64,000 bases of DNA from Octopus bimaculoides (lineage: Eukaryota): contig NC_069010.1 of assembly GCF_001194135.2 (NCBI RefSeq), forward strand, positions 2,419,946 to 2,483,945, read 5' to 3'. Positions 50,530 to 64,000 of this stretch are shown here, in pieces. The notes beneath the pieces were generated by a model, which was given only the letters and a program-made list of their open reading frames with translations, did not search any database and was not told the origin of the DNA. Numbering within the stretch: the stretch's first letter is position 1; every line of letters begins with the position of its first letter. Both the position numbers and the translations under genes were made by a program.

Positions 50530-52297
50530 TGAAATAGCAGTGTTATTCCTTGCTTTAGTTGTCTTGGCTTCACTCTTTTAGTTCAAATCCAACTGAAATC
50601 AATTTTGCATAGAGCAAATTGGATTGGTGGAGGTGTAAGAGCATCGGACAAGATGCCTTACAATATCTGTTGTAGATTTTTTGCATTCTGAGTTCAGAAC
50701 AAGATAGCTAACTTCGGTGTGTCTGTATACGCCAAGAGAAGTTCTGTTGGGTAAAGGTATAGTGAAGATGAGTAGCAACAAAGGCTGGGGACAACCAGAT
50801 GTGAGACAGTATGAAGATAACAAAGTCTATGAAAACATTTGTAAAACAAAAAATAGCAAAAATTATGTAGGACAGGATTGATTTTACAAAAAGAAAAACA
50901 TGTGCAAGTTATTTAGGTGTGTTGCCTGAAACAAACAGTACATGAGATAAAGTATATTAAATGGATTGTGAAAGTCTTTTGACTGAAGTAAAACAAGACA
51001 AACTAGGGACAGTGTGCATAAAAGTAATGCTGAGAGAGGAATAAATGTCCAATAGTTAGCTCATGAATGATGCAAAATGGAGAGAGAGAGATAGTGAAGA
51101 ACAGTGATTTTAAGTGTGGGTAAGTTAAAAAAAAAATGGAGCATGTGTGAACTGTTGGATTATGGAATATCAGAAAGGCACAAGAAAAGAGAACGAGAGA
51201 TTGTGTGTGTGTGTGTGTACGTACGTACATGTTAAATGGCCTAAAAGTTTATAGTCCCTGTAATAATAATGCAATACTTGTAATCTGCTATATATATTCT
51301 GGGTAAGTAATAATGCTGGTTTTTGTGGAGTAGGTATATTGCAAGGTAATGTTATAGAAGTGTGTTGAATATGTAACAGAACAATTAAGATAAGATTAGA
51401 ATAGTTGTAAATAAAGCCACATCACCTATTATCTCTGCTTATCCCCAACAGTTGGGACTTAGCCCTGAGCAAAAAGACTGTTCTTATGAGGCCTTATTGC
51501 AAATCACTTTAACAAGTGACTGATGCAATCATTTGATTGGTGACTTAAGTGGACATATTGACATGATGGCTCCCCTGGTGTATGTATATAGTGACTATGG
51601 TTATAGTTCCAGGAATAGGGAGGAATCAGGGCTTCTGAAGTTTTGTGGTGTGAACAAACTGAAAATCTATATGAACTTCAGGAAACCAACAAGTCACTTG
51701 CTCGCCATCCAATCGAGCAAACATGCAAGCTACTTAGATTTCATTCTCACCGAATGTTTGTAAATACTAAAGCTATCTTTGAAGAATGTTCCATAAAGCA
51801 TAGATTAGTGACTTGAGAATTCAAGCTTGATAAAACTGAGACAAAAATCTTTCAGGAGTTGGAGTTCTTGGGATACAAAGTATCCTTCTTTTTAAATTTT
51901 TAAGTATATATTCAGAACTATTTCTAGATGTTGCGTACAATGAAGAAGAATAAGAGATAGAAAAACATAATGAAAAAAAACTGGGGTATTTTTGTGACAA
52001 TCTATTGAAAGTTGGAGACTAGTCTTGTAACTGGAGCAAGGACCAGCCAGCCAGCCACAAGGTAATGATGGTGGAGTAGCACTGTGGTTATAATAATGAT
52101 AAAAGCTAAAATACAGTTATGGAAAAATTGGATAAGAGAGAAGCTAGGTAATAAGTGTGTATAACTCGGAGAGAGGTAGAAAGCATGAGCTTTGCCAGTG
52201 TTCAGCAATGAGAAGATCAGAAGTGTGATGAGTTTTGGATTGTGAAGCTGTATGTCAGTAAATTGAGGCTTTGTTGGGGAAAAGTTTGGAGGAAGTA

Positions 52298-52645
52298 GGC
52301 TGTGTGGTAAGTAGCTTGCTTACCAACCACATGGTTCCAGGTTCAGTCTCACTGCGTGGCACCTTGGGCAAGTCTCTTCTACTATAGCCTCGGGCCGATC
52401 AAAGCCTTGTGAGTGGATTTGGTAGACGGAAACTAAAAGAAGCCCGTCGTATATATATATATATNNNNNNNNNNGCTTGACAACTGATGCTAGTGTGTTT
52501 ATGTCCCCGTAACTTAGCGGTTTGGCAAAAGGGACCGATAGAATAAGTGCTAGGCTTCCAAAGAATAAGTCCCGGGGTCGATTTACTCAACTAAAGGCGG
52601 TGCTCCAGCATGGCCCGCAGTCAAATGACTGAAACAAGTAAAAGC
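52298..52645 (+). mobile_element. Family-A SINE (small N gap inside)
   Basis: Collinear with 61197-61582. Confidence 0.85.
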
Positions 52646-52689
52646 GTAGAGTAACACAACACACAGACATACTCATTAACAAATAAGTA

Positions 52690-54575
52690 AAAAGAGGCTT
52701 GGAAATGTTGTCACAGAAGGCTGAGTGTGGAAAATTTGTGGGTGGAACACGTACAGCTATTTGAAGTGGACAGTTATATGGTCAAAATGACCTTTAGATT
52801 TGAAGAGAAGAAAAGTGGCAGCAGGTCCATCTGGCAAAGCAAGTCTGAAGCTAGTCGCCTGCATATTTGACTATCCAATGACACTTAATGGCTGCTACAA
52901 AGGCAAAGGAGATATTTTGTAAAGAAGTAATTAGAGAGGTGTCAGATTCAAGGGTCAGGTTATGAAAGCAACGGAAAGAGTATGAGCACAATTGATTGAG
53001 AGGAGAATTAGCTTGACCTCGCTTGCGAAGACCTATTGAGGCAAGTGAAATCGAAACCGAACTAAATTCGACGACTGGCACCCATTGCCAATGTCATCTC
53101 CTTCATTGGACACGAAACTCAGCTTGCGAAGATTTATTGGGGCAAGTGAAAGCGAAATCGGGATGGCACCTGTGCCCAGCGTCGCCTTTCTGGCACTCGT
53201 GCCTGTGGCATGTGTACGGACCTTCGAGTGAGTTCGTTGCCAGTGCCCCTGGACTGGCTCTTGTGCGGGTGGCACATAAAATACACCATTTTGAGCGTGG
53301 CCATTGCCAGTACCGCCTGACTGGCCTTTGTGCCGGTGACACGTAAAAGCACCCACTACACTCTCTGAGTGGTTGGCGTTAGGAAGGGCATCGAGCTGTA
53401 GAAACTCTGCCAAATCAGATTGGAGCCTGGTGTTGCCATCTGGTTTCACCAGTCCTCAGTCAAATCGTCCAACCCATGCTAGCATGGAAAGCGGACGTTA
53501 AACGATGATTATGAGATATGGTTGGGATTTGTGAGAAGTTGGACTATATCTGATGGTGTCTTTGTGGGGCAACTGTAAGAAATGTTTAGCTAAGTGTAGC
53601 TTCTCTGCTTTCCATTTGTTAATCTGGAAATTGCAGCACCCTTTGACAGTGTACCACAATTTGTGGAGTGGTGATCTTTAAGAAAACTAGGTGTAGCTGG
53701 ATGACTTGTAAGGGTAGTATGAGCCATGTACAAAGATACAGTCAGTAGAGTGAGAGTGGCAACACATTCAGCCACGAATTAGCATTCAGGTAAATATTCG
53801 CCAAGGTTTGGTTCTCAAGTTATAATAGGAATTTTCGCATGTGGAGGTAAAATGTTGAATCAAGAAATTTCAGGATATACTCGAAGAGCAAAGTCTTAGT
53901 GAATAGTAAAAAGCAAGACTCTTTTTCTGTCAGGAATATGGTTGCACTTTGATAAATGGTACTCCTTATGGCATTACATGATGTGAACTGTGAGTGCATA
54001 AAAACGTGTAGATTTTATATTTGGTAGATGTACAGGAGCAAATAACACTGGTAAAATAACTTCTGAATGCTTGGAAGGTTGTATAAAAGCAATTAGTAGC
54101 TTGTTATGTAGGTGACCTAAACATTTGTAGTGAAGTGCTCTGAAAGCATGGTAGCCACTTCTGTTGGCAACAAGGGCAATGTCTGCCCGAACAAAGAGTA
54201 CATTGTACATTGCTTGTGTACAAAGTGCAATGCTGCATAGTAGTGAGATGTGGGCAGTGAAGACATGACGATGTGAAAAGGATGTAATGTTAGTAGGCAT
54301 GAACAGTATGTTACAGATGAGCTGAGAGATAAATTTCAATATAAGTGGTATCAGATGTGCAAGATATAAGTCTGCTTTGCTACAGACGAGCCTGACGATG
54401 GTAACAGATTGGCTAAAGAAGTGCCAGGAGATCCATATAAAAAGTAAAATGTGGCACATGACACTGAAGAAGGCATGTGGCAGAATTGGAGAAAGCTGAT
54501 ATTGAACATGAAAAAGAATAGAAGAGAGCAACAAATGGACAGAGATTATTTGGAAAGAACCCACCCAATCCATGA
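52690..54575 (+). mobile_element. Decayed RTE-clade LINE reverse-transcriptase fragment, interrupted by the SINE at 53009-53509
   Basis: Remnant RTE-like peptides (K..AAGPSG near 52.8 kb, MYKDTVSRVRV near 53.73 kb) and an RTE-like 3' region; many stops. Confidence 0.6.
53009..53509 (+). mobile_element. Family-B SINE, ~500 bp, inserted in a decayed RTE LINE
   Basis: Reverse complement of 35458-35966; ends catggaaagcggacgttaaacgatgat. Confidence 0.88.
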
Positions 54576-55419
54576 AAGCAAGAAAAAGTGAACTCGGAGA
54601 GGATAAAAATGATGTATGTTTGTGTCCTTACGTTCTCTTGTTTTATGTTGATTTTTCTAGGATAGTATGGTTTAGATGGATACATATTATCAAGGCTTTA
54701 CGTTAAAGCCAGATGTTCTTTTGTCCAGCCTATTTTTTAAGTAAGGGTGTTTACATTACACCTCTCTTCAAAAGTGCAAAAACACCTGATAATTTCTTGA
54801 CAGGAAAATGTCAGTAACTGTATCTATATACATATATATTCCTATGTACACAATGAATTTTGTACAATTTCCATCAACTAAAATCACTCGAGAAGCATTG
54901 ATTAGAAGATACTTAAGGTTTCAGGCTCAGAGCCTGAAACCAAAAGTCTATGGATACAGAGTGAATTTGTTAGCAACACAGCCTTATCTGAATCTTTGTT
55001 GTATATGTGTGTGTGTGTGTAGATGTGTGTGTATATATACCTGTATATATGAATATATATGCATATAGGTGAGTATGATTTGGTGGTAGGTACCATGTTT
55101 CTGCTAATTGCTTTAGGCATCCATGTAGTCATGAGCAGACCATAGGCACATACACTCTTGACCTTTCCACTTTTGATCCAGTGAAACATTGAAGATGAGA
55201 CAGCTGAAGGGACACAGCACTTGGCTGGTACTCAATGTCAGTTGAGTTCACTGGAGTAACACGAAATGTGGTGTCTTGTAAAAAACGAAATGCACCTTCA
55301 CATATATGTGAAGGCACTTGCATGTGTATGTATGTAAATATATACATGTGTATTTTTATATGTATATGTGTATTTCTGTATTTATATTTTTATGTGTATG
55401 AGTGTATAATATTTTATTC

Positions 55420-55765
55420 TTTTACTTCAGTCATTTGACTGTGGCCATGTTGGAGCACCACCTTGAAGGGTCGAACAAATCAATCCCAGGGCTTATTTCT
55501 CAAGCCTAGTACTTATTCTATTGGTTTCTTTGCCAAACTGCTAAGTTATGGGCACATAAACACACCAAACACTGGTTGTCAAATGATGATTGACACACAT
55601 ATGATGGGCTTCTTTCAGTTTCTCTCTACCAAATCCACTCCCAAGGCTTTGGTTGGCCTGAGGCTATAGTAGAAGACACTTGCCCAAGGTGCCATGCAAT
55701 AGGACTGAACCCGGAACCATGTGGTTGGGAAGCAAGCTTCTTACCACACAGCCATGCCTGTGCCT
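55420..55765 (-). mobile_element. Family-A SINE, reverse orientation
   Basis: Reverse complement of the same head, core and tail (gaagacacttgcccaaggtgcc...gaacccggaaccatgtggttgg). Confidence 0.8.
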
Positions 55766-58173
55766 GTATATGAGGAAATGTGAATAAACAGTTAATCCAT
55801 AATCGTTAGTTTGTCAAAAGATATTTTGTTGGATTAATGATTATAGATTAAATGTTTATTCACTGTCAAACTTTTCTTTGAGTTCTTTATTCTAAGTAGC
55901 AGGACTTAGTTTTGAACCTGTTATCCTGCAGGAATATGTGTAAATTGTGTGTGTGTGTATCTATCTATGTGTATATGCATAAAATGGGTGTGTTTGTGTG
56001 CATGTTTGCTTAGGTGTATGTATGTCCTCATTCTATGTCCACTTTCCATGCTGGTATGGGTTGGTGTATTTACTTCTAATGTCCTAAATTTCCCTTGGTT
56101 TCTATGGTTGGGTGTCTTCCTAACACCAACCACCTTTTGAGTGTACTGGGTAACTTTTCTAATTTGCAAATCTAGAGAATCTCTTTTACTGAGAGGAAGA
56201 CCCAAAGAGGTGGTGGTGAATTGAGGCAAGGTATTGAAAGTAAATATTGAGAAAATAGGTCCACGTGTATGGATTCATATTTGGATATGCATGTTGATGT
56301 CTATATGGATGTGTAAGTGTGTATATGCAGAGATGCATGTCTGTGTGTGTGTAGATGTGTATATAAGTTATGTATATATGTCTTGTGACAGGTGTATGTG
56401 TTTATATGTATATGCTTATAGATAAGTATATATGCCTATGTATGTGTTTGTATATATTTTTATGTATTAGCATATTGGTATAATTGTGGGTGGGCATGTA
56501 TGTAGTCAGTTTTCATTTGATATTGTTATTTTCTTAAAAGCAAACCAATTTTACAACTTAGTGATATACACACGTATTACTTTCATCCAGTGTATTCCCA
56601 TAATATATTGTTACTTAGAAAAACATCAACAAAGTATTAGTTAAAGGCTGAAGGGACTTCTAAAATGAAACATTGAAATATATATGTCATTTGATATCCT
56701 CTCTAAATGAGCAGCAGAAAAAGAAATTGTTGCTAGAGAATGAAAAGTAATGTGCTCTGCACATCTCAGGATGATCAAAGAGGGTGATTCTTCTGTAGAA
56801 GTATATTAATTTGTATCTTTTAATTACAACTCTGTGCTTTAAGGTTCTTTGTTTTAATTCATGTTTTAAGTATTATCATATCTGAAAAGTTACATCTCTA
56901 TGAAGTAGGTGGTAGATATATAAAAATTGTGTCTTGGATGACATTTGTGATTGAAAAAAAAGAACATTATCCATCATTATTTATCTTTTAATGAACTGAA
57001 AATGCAACAAATCAAAAAAAAAAATTCAGTTTGGGAGTCTCTATGCTGTGAATATTTACAGTACTTGGTTTTGTGCTATTTCATATTTATATTATGAAAT
57101 GATGTTGAGGACTGTGTGTGTGTGTGTGTGTATATATATATTCATTATAAAACGTATGTATGTGTATATATGTTTGTGTTTATCCATGTGTATGTTATGT
57201 TTATGTATGTGCTTTTACATTTGGATATATATACAGATGTGTGTATGTACGTATTTTTAAATGTATCTACATAAAGACACTTTTATATACATCTGTATGT
57301 AAAAATATCTATATATGCCTATATATTTGTGTGTATAAGTAAACATGGATATAGATGTGTAAATATGAGTGTGTATATATGCACCACCTCTCCTTGCCCT
57401 TAAAAAAGACAAGCACCTTGGATATCTAGTAAGATGCGCAGAACCCAGCCCCACACAACCAAGCACTTTTGAATGTGCTTGCTGTTGGTGCAATGTCTGT
57501 CCCTACATTAACAATACTACTACTCACTGGACCCAAGACACAGTATCATGTTATTCAGAATTTCTTTTGCTCAGTCATGTATGTTGCATCGTAGAAAAAC
57601 TTTGCAATGCCCTTTACTTTGGGAAAACAGACTGACACCTTGATGATCATTTTCAGGAGCATACGTATACCAGGCCAACCTGCTACTAACACTACAGGCC
57701 ATTCCATCGCTCACTTATCATTGTGTAACTTCGCTGCACATCATGAATCCTTATTCTCAAGGAACTGGAGGAACATTACATATTCAAGTTTGTCACCATG
57801 CCATTGACAGGTTTAAATGAACGTCTTTCCTTCTAGTCTTACACCTCGTTAAACCCTTTCTTATCCTTCAACTCTACTCTCCTCCCATATTTTCCCTTCA
57901 CCTCATTCTAGACTTCTTGTTCCAATAATCTTTCCTTTTGCATTCTCACACTGTTCTTCTTACCACTTCTCGTTCATGTGTGAAACTCACGTGGTCCTAC
58001 ATTCCTTATTAGTTGCAGCCATTCTTTTTTTTTTTAACTTGGAGTGTGTAAATTTCTGCTGTCTCATTTATTTCTCTCCTTTCAAATTTTCCTTGAAGAA
58101 GGACTCTGTCCAAAACATTGGATTTTCCACTCATAGCAAGTTCATCTTGTGCTTTTTATTCATTTTACTACAT

Positions 58174-58217
<44 letters not shown>

Positions 58218-59306
58218 ATGTGTGTGTATGTATTTATATTTATATATATATATATATATATATAGATATATGTATATATGTATGTATGTATATATATATG
58301 TACATATTTATGTTTATATGTCCAAGTGTGTGTATATGCATGTGTTTATGTAGGTATAAATACATAAGTATCCATGTTTGCACGTATATATAAAGAGCAC
58401 ACCTACATTGCTTCTGATTGACTTTGCTTTTTATATTTATGAAAAGGAAAGTCAGTCAGAAGTAATGTAAGTGTCCTTTATATGCACATATAAAGTCTTT
58501 GAGATGAAATATTTCTTGAATCCTTTTTTCTTGTTTTTTTCTTTTGTGTTTTCTTGCGCAGACAAGTCAATCTTTGTCTCTGCTTGAAAATGGAGTTGTC
58601 ACATTTTCTCATAGTTGGTTGTCTCTGACAAGTAATTGGAATCATGTTACAAGTGAAAATTATTAACCAAAATTAAGTTAAAGAATTTTGGCCTGAGAAA
58701 TATTTTCATGCATAGTGTGTATATCTTTATGTATGCGTTTGTGTATGTGCAACAGCAAAAATATCTAGAAAAATGTCCCCTCGTGAACTTTTGTAGTTTT
58801 TCATATGTTTTTGCAGTTGTGATTTCTCATGCAAAAGCAAGACACCACCCAGCCCTCTCTGCTCTGGAAGAGGTTTCTTAAAACATCTCAGTTCTTTCCC
58901 AAAAATCTGTGGAGAAGGCAACTATCATTGGCACAATGACTAAGCATTTTGGACAATTGTCAAGAATTCAGCCATCTGTAGCCAATTAATACCAGCTTAC
59001 CTTAAAGAAGCCAGAGTTGTCAATACTTGAGAGAAACCATATCATCACCTTCAGCATTTAATGTCCATTTTTCCATGGGTTTGATGCGATTTATTGAGGC
59101 AAATTCTCTACAGCCCGATACACTCTTACATAGAAATATATATGACCAACTTCTTTCAGTTTCTGTTCACCAAACCCTTTTACAAGGCTGCAATTGGCCT
59201 GGGACTATAGTAGAAGACATTTGCCTGCACAGCGCAGTGGTACTAAATTCCAGACCACATGGTTTGGAAGCAAGCTATTTAACATGGCTATGCTTGTATC
59301 TATATC

Positions 59307-59374
<68 letters not shown>

Positions 59375-59798
59375 NNNNNNNNNNNNNNNNNNNNNNNNNN
59401 NNNNNNNNNNNNNNNNNNNNNNNNNNNNNNNNNNNNNNNNNNNNNNNNNNNNNNNNNNNNNNNNNNNNNNNNNNNNNNNNNNNNNNNNNNNNNNNNNNNN
59501 NNNNNNNNNNNNNNNNNNNNNNNNNNNNNNNNNNNNNNNNNNNNNNNNNNNNNNNNNNNNNNNNNNNNNNNNNNNNNNNNNNNNNNNNNNNNNNNNNNNN
59601 NNNNNNNNNNNNNNNNNNNNNNNNNNNNNNNNNNNNNNNNNNNNNNNNNNNNNNNNNNNNNNNNNNNNNNNNNNNNNNNNNNNNNNNNNNNNNNNNNNNN
59701 NNNNNNNNNNNNNNNNNNNNNNNNNNNNNNNNNNNNNNNNNNNNNNNNNNNNNNNNNNNNNNNNNNNNNNNNNNNNNNNNNNNGAAAGAAGCCCGTCG

Positions 59799-59835
<37 letters not shown>

Positions 59836-61196
59836 CTGTGTTTGTCCCCCTAGCATTACTTGACAACCGATGCTGGTGTGTTTATGTCCCTGTCACTTAG
59901 CGGTTTGGCAAAAGAGAGCGATAGAATAAGTACTAGGCTTCCAAAGAATAAGACCTGGGGTCGATTTGTTCGACTAAAGGCGGTGCTCCAGCATGGCCGC
60001 AGTCAAATGACTGAAACAAGTAAAAGAGTAAACTAAGTAAGGAATCATTCTAGAACTTACAATCCCTTGGGAAGAGTAAATCAACGAAGTTAATGACCGG
60101 AATCATGCAGTTAACTGGGGAAGAAGTGCTAGATCAGAGACAGGAAGGCATTATGAGTCTATGGAGGTGGACTGGAACGAATTGGTTGAACATGATCATT
60201 CAGTCTGCATGTGAAATGGTTGAAGATACCACCCATGTGGTGGCTTTGGATAAAGAGAGACTGATCTATGGAGTGATGGTGTTAGGATAAAAGTTTGGGA
60301 TCTGTTGAACCTTTGCTGGGTGAGGGGGGGGGGGTCTCATGTTGAAAGACTTGAAACACCTAATGACCCCTTATGAGGTGTTACAGCTCATCCAGGAAAT
60401 GAATCTTGCACATATGTGTATATGTATGTATATATGTTTGAGTATATACATATAATTGTGTATATGTTTGTATATATGTATATTATGTGTGTCTATATAC
60501 ACACATACATTGTTGCAATATAATATATATGTGCACAACACTTGTATTGTTTGTTTGTGTGGGTGTGTATACTTACACACGCACACATGTATCCACATAT
60601 ACACACACTGTGTGATATTGTGTGTTACATAGATAACTTGTGGGTACAATGGAGTTTGATGTGCACGCCTGTTCTGCCAGGATTTGTATGAATGCAAATA
60701 TAGGTCATGCGTTTCTTTTTTCTCTCTTCTTCACAGAGACTATCAACATATTGAATATTATGCTGCTGCTGCTGATTGTTGGCCCACAAACGTCGGGAGC
60801 TGCATGAAGCAGATGGTATAGGATAAAGGATATAGGATAAAGAACCTAATTCTCACAATAACTATTGTTGTTATGTTCTTTTGTTTAGTGAGAATGTGCA
60901 AACACGCACACACACACATACAAATGTGAACAACATATTAGCAAATATCTAATAGTATTTGTAATAGTTATGACTCCTGCTTCTTGAGATATTATTTTAT
61001 TACTGAATTAGATAAAAATTAAAAAAAGAAACATTAGTTATAAGAATATATAAATAATTGTTGAACTGAAATGGGGGTTTTTTTTTTTTTTTGGAAGTTT
61101 GAAGGATTTTAGATGGCTATTTCAGATGATCATGGTGGAACATCTTTTAATGAGACACTGTATATAAGATGGTGTTTGGGATGTAGTAAACAAATA

Positions 61197-61582
61197 TAGG
61201 CGCAGGAGTGGCTGTGTGGTTAGTAGCTTGCTTACCAACCACATGGTTCCGGGTTCAGTCCCACTGCGTGGCGTCTTGGGTAAGTGTCTTCTACTATATA
61301 GCCTCGGGCCGACCAAAGCCTTGTGAGTGGATTTGGTAGATGGAAACTGAAAGAAGCCCGTCGTATATATATGTATGTGTGTTTGTCCCCCTAGCATTGC
61401 TTGACAACCGATGCTGGTGTGTTTACGTCCCCCCCCGTTATTTAGCGGTTCGGCAAAAGAGACCGATAGAATAAGTACTAGGCTTACAAAGAATAAGTCC
61501 CGGGGTCGATTTGCTCGACTAAAGGCGGTGCTCCAGCATGGCCGCAGTCAAATGACTGAAACAAATAAAAAAGAGTAAAGAG
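61197..61582 (+). mobile_element. Near full-length family-A SINE (young copy, CpGs intact)
   Basis: Collinear and highly similar to 14998-15372. Confidence 0.85.
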
Positions 61583-64000
61583 TATATATGTTGGTATATT
61601 TAGATCATCATCATCACCATCATCATCGTTTAACGATGTTTAGAATATGAAGAACAAATATATAGGTGTATTAAAATGGTACTTGGAACGTAGAGGACAT
61701 TATAGGTGTATTAAGATGGTGTGTGATGCATAACAGCAAAAGATGAATGTATATTGGTATCTTAAAATGACATATGGAACATAATTTAACGAAAGCTCTC
61801 TAAATGACCATTACAATGGGAAGTTTTTATTGGAATGAACCAATGTGTGAAATCCTGAAACAGTCTGAGAAGTGTTAAACTTTGAACACGTATTCAAAAC
61901 AAAAAAAAAAAACAAAACCCCTGTTTATTTTGATATCTGGTGATGAATGCTGATTAAGCAATTCTAGATATTAACATCAAGATCAATGAAACATTTAAAT
62001 GCATGGAAATTTAAAATCAGATTACATATAATATGCGCAGGCATGCATGTATACACACACACACACACACATATCAATTCTTATATGTTATAAACAGAGT
62101 TTTTTCTACTTTTAATCACTTCTAATGTGAATAACTTTGTTACATATTTCTAATGAAATATATCATTTTTTTTCTTTCTTTTTTTCTTTTTAAACTAATT
62201 TTGACAAAAATCAAGGATTTGGAGGGATTAACTAACTATTGTATGATTAAGGTGGTGTTTGGTCCATTTACATGAAAGTATAACAGAAATATGAACAAGA
62301 AGTTTTGTATGATGGAATGAGAGGCAGTTTGAGGTGGGCTGCTATCAAAATGTGTGTTAAGTATTATTATATAGGTATAAATTCAACATTTTGATTAAAG
62401 GGGAATTAGAGGAATTGATGAGATGATAAAATAGGAGCCAGTGAAGTGTGAGTGAGGTTTTAAGTCAATTGTAATGCTTTGTAAATCTTGGGTATGTTAA
62501 GGACATTTGGGGTTTTTATTTAAACTTTGTTCATGACCATTTGAACCTGTTGCTTTCTCTTTTTTTTATACATATGTTCAGTAAATATTTCATTTTTATT
62601 TTTTAAATATTTAAAAAAAAAAAGGCTAAAATATGTAAGACTTTCAATTATATTTTTATAACAAATATATTTATATTCATAACAAATATAATATGAGAAT
62701 TTTTATCATTTTTAGACTTTCTCCTCTACCACTTCCACCTGGGTGGCACTAAAGTTAAACACATATACTACAACAACAATGTTAAGCAAACAAATAAAAG
62801 GAAATAGAAAACAAACATGCAAAAAAAAAAAAAAAAAACCTAAAAAAATTTTCCAAAACAAAGCAAAGCAGAATGGCTGCTTTGTTGAGGCCATGGAACA
62901 ATGTGACTTCTACTGACAAGTTGTGAGAAGGAAATGCCAATAATTTTNNNNNNNNNNNNNNNNNNNNNNNNNNNNNNNNNNNNNNNNNNNNNNNNNNNNN
63001 NNNNNNNNNNNNNNNNNNNNNNNNNNNNNNNNNNNNNNNNNNNNNNNNNNNNNNNNNNNNNNNNNNNNNNNNNNNNNNNNNNNNNNNNNNNNNNNNNNNN
63101 NNNNNNNNNNNNNNNNNNNNNNNNNNNNNNNNNNNNNNNATATATATATATATATATATATACATATATAAGCATTCACCATCTCCTTTGAGAGCATCTT
63201 GAAATTGAACTTGATTGCGTGTGTGTATGTGTGCATGCATGCATAAAGATGAAATATACAGAAGTCCACTGTTGCATGTATTCTTTTTCATATCTAAAGC
63301 TTTTTAGTTGTAACATTAAATCATTAACAACGCCACAATTGCTCTGTCTGTTTGACTATTAGAATTGACAGAGCACCCAGTCAGCATCATTGTTGCCACC
63401 TGTGTTGACTGCAGTAATCTGAAGTGACTTGTCTAAAGGCACATGTGCCTTCCTGATTGGGAATCAAACCCATGCCCTTATGAACAATAACATAGTGACC
63501 TAACCATAGGCTGTATTCCTTCTCATTTCTGTGTATGTAAGTTATATATTTGCAAATTCTTAATCCTTAATATTGTGTGTGTGTGTGTGTGCGTGCACCC
63601 CCTCCTCATACCCATGCACATGCATATACAGATTTTCTTATGGTTGTCCATTGAATTGAGTGATGACTACCTTTTTCATTTGTGTGTCCTTCAGTGACTG
63701 TACAACCCAGTCTTTGATACATAGTTTTGATTACAAGTCTCACTTGTAAATGTTTGATTGGAAATGCTTCTTTTCGTTAAAGGCATTTCTCTTCCATATT
63801 CTTCAGTCCCCTTACCAGCAGTAGAATCACCAGGGTGGACATTAAGTCATGGTCTTCTTTGTAATGGCTGTTGTTTCTCTGTTTAAAGTGGTATTCAGCT
63901 GATCTTTCAATCACTTTGTTGGTTGTATAGCCAAGTACTAACTATGATATAGCTGGCAGTGGAAGATCTTACTAGGGAACATTATCACTACATGTTCTAA

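Larger units (their letters stand above)
1100..55290. mobile_element. Third dispersed SINE-like family (agctgagtggactggagcaa...gtgtcttgctcaa block and its reverse): ~1100-1240, 1520-1840, 5380-5570, 11970-12170, 34850-35030, 37185-37410, 47220-47330, 55130-55290
   Basis: Recurrent homologous blocks in both orientations; family identity not assigned. Confidence 0.55.
80..60031. mobile_element. Additional partial or older family-A SINE copies: ~80-240(-), 548-790(-), 2330-2524(+), 3985-4385(+), 10138-10690(+), 22800-23260(-), 26528-26614(+), 42236-42530(+), 59150-59290(-), 59784-60031(+)
   Basis: Recognisable by eye from shared diagnostic blocks; boundaries are approximate. Confidence 0.7.
6748..63139. 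other. Assembly gaps (N runs): 6748-7588, 13060-13154, 16422-16431, 19081-19300, 20372-20381, 26615-27168, 40911-40995, 52465-52473, 59375-59783, 62948-63139
   Basis: Directly visible; most abut SINEs or microsatellites. Confidence 0.98.

Noticed and set aside
11073-53449. Recurring similar ORFs (MKPDGNTRLQSDLAEFLQLDALPNANHSES..., MLLRVT...ASQAVLA...) that look like a multi-copy protein family
   Set aside because: They are translations of non-coding family-B SINE copies. Several overlapping frames are open, starts and stops vary between copies, and there is no recognisable domain.
53974-54573. 199-aa minus-strand ORF
   Set aside because: Antisense of a decayed RTE LINE fragment, with no recognisable protein features.
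2226-60697. Many ORFs rich in YIYIY, CVCV or THTH
   Set aside because: Translations of TA, TG and CA microsatellites.
36540-63760. Other strong-looking acceptors (36558, 44691, 63694) and a donor at 30796
   Set aside because: Such signals are expected by chance in T-rich introns and I see no independent support.

Overview
AT-rich eukaryotic genomic scaffold with several N gaps. The repeat content (tRNA/CORE-type SINEs, RTE-tail SINEs, dense TA/CA/TCTA microsatellites) looks like an octopus or other coleoid genome; this is inferred from repeat style only. Two intron-containing genes, mostly missed by the ORF track, lie head-to-head around ~14.2 kb. (1) MRPL52 (mitochondrial ribosomal protein L52), minus strand, apparently complete: coding exons ~14158-14182 (tentative), 5885-5984, 4491-4558, 3462-3526 and 353-481, giving ~128 aa. 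(2) The 5' part of RBM39/Caper (RS/RRM splicing factor), plus strand: probable non-coding exon 1 near 14.2 kb, exon 2 32089-32168 (MADDFDVEAMLEAPYRKE) and exon 3 46522-46565; the gene continues past the window. The rest is intronic and holds SINEs, decayed CR1/L2 and RTE LINE fragments, hAT and other MITEs, tandem arrays and palindromes. The most interesting candidates are a microexon plus stop-containing ('poison') exon cluster in RBM39 intron 2, the very compact bidirectional promoter, an AG|GTGAGT recursive-splice-like site, a ~180-bp periodic array, a tRNA-Thr-like cassette between direct repeats, and a MITE carrying a telomeric palindrome. I found no CRISPR array, rRNA or prokaryotic system, and nothing here can be established as a new biological system from sequence alone.
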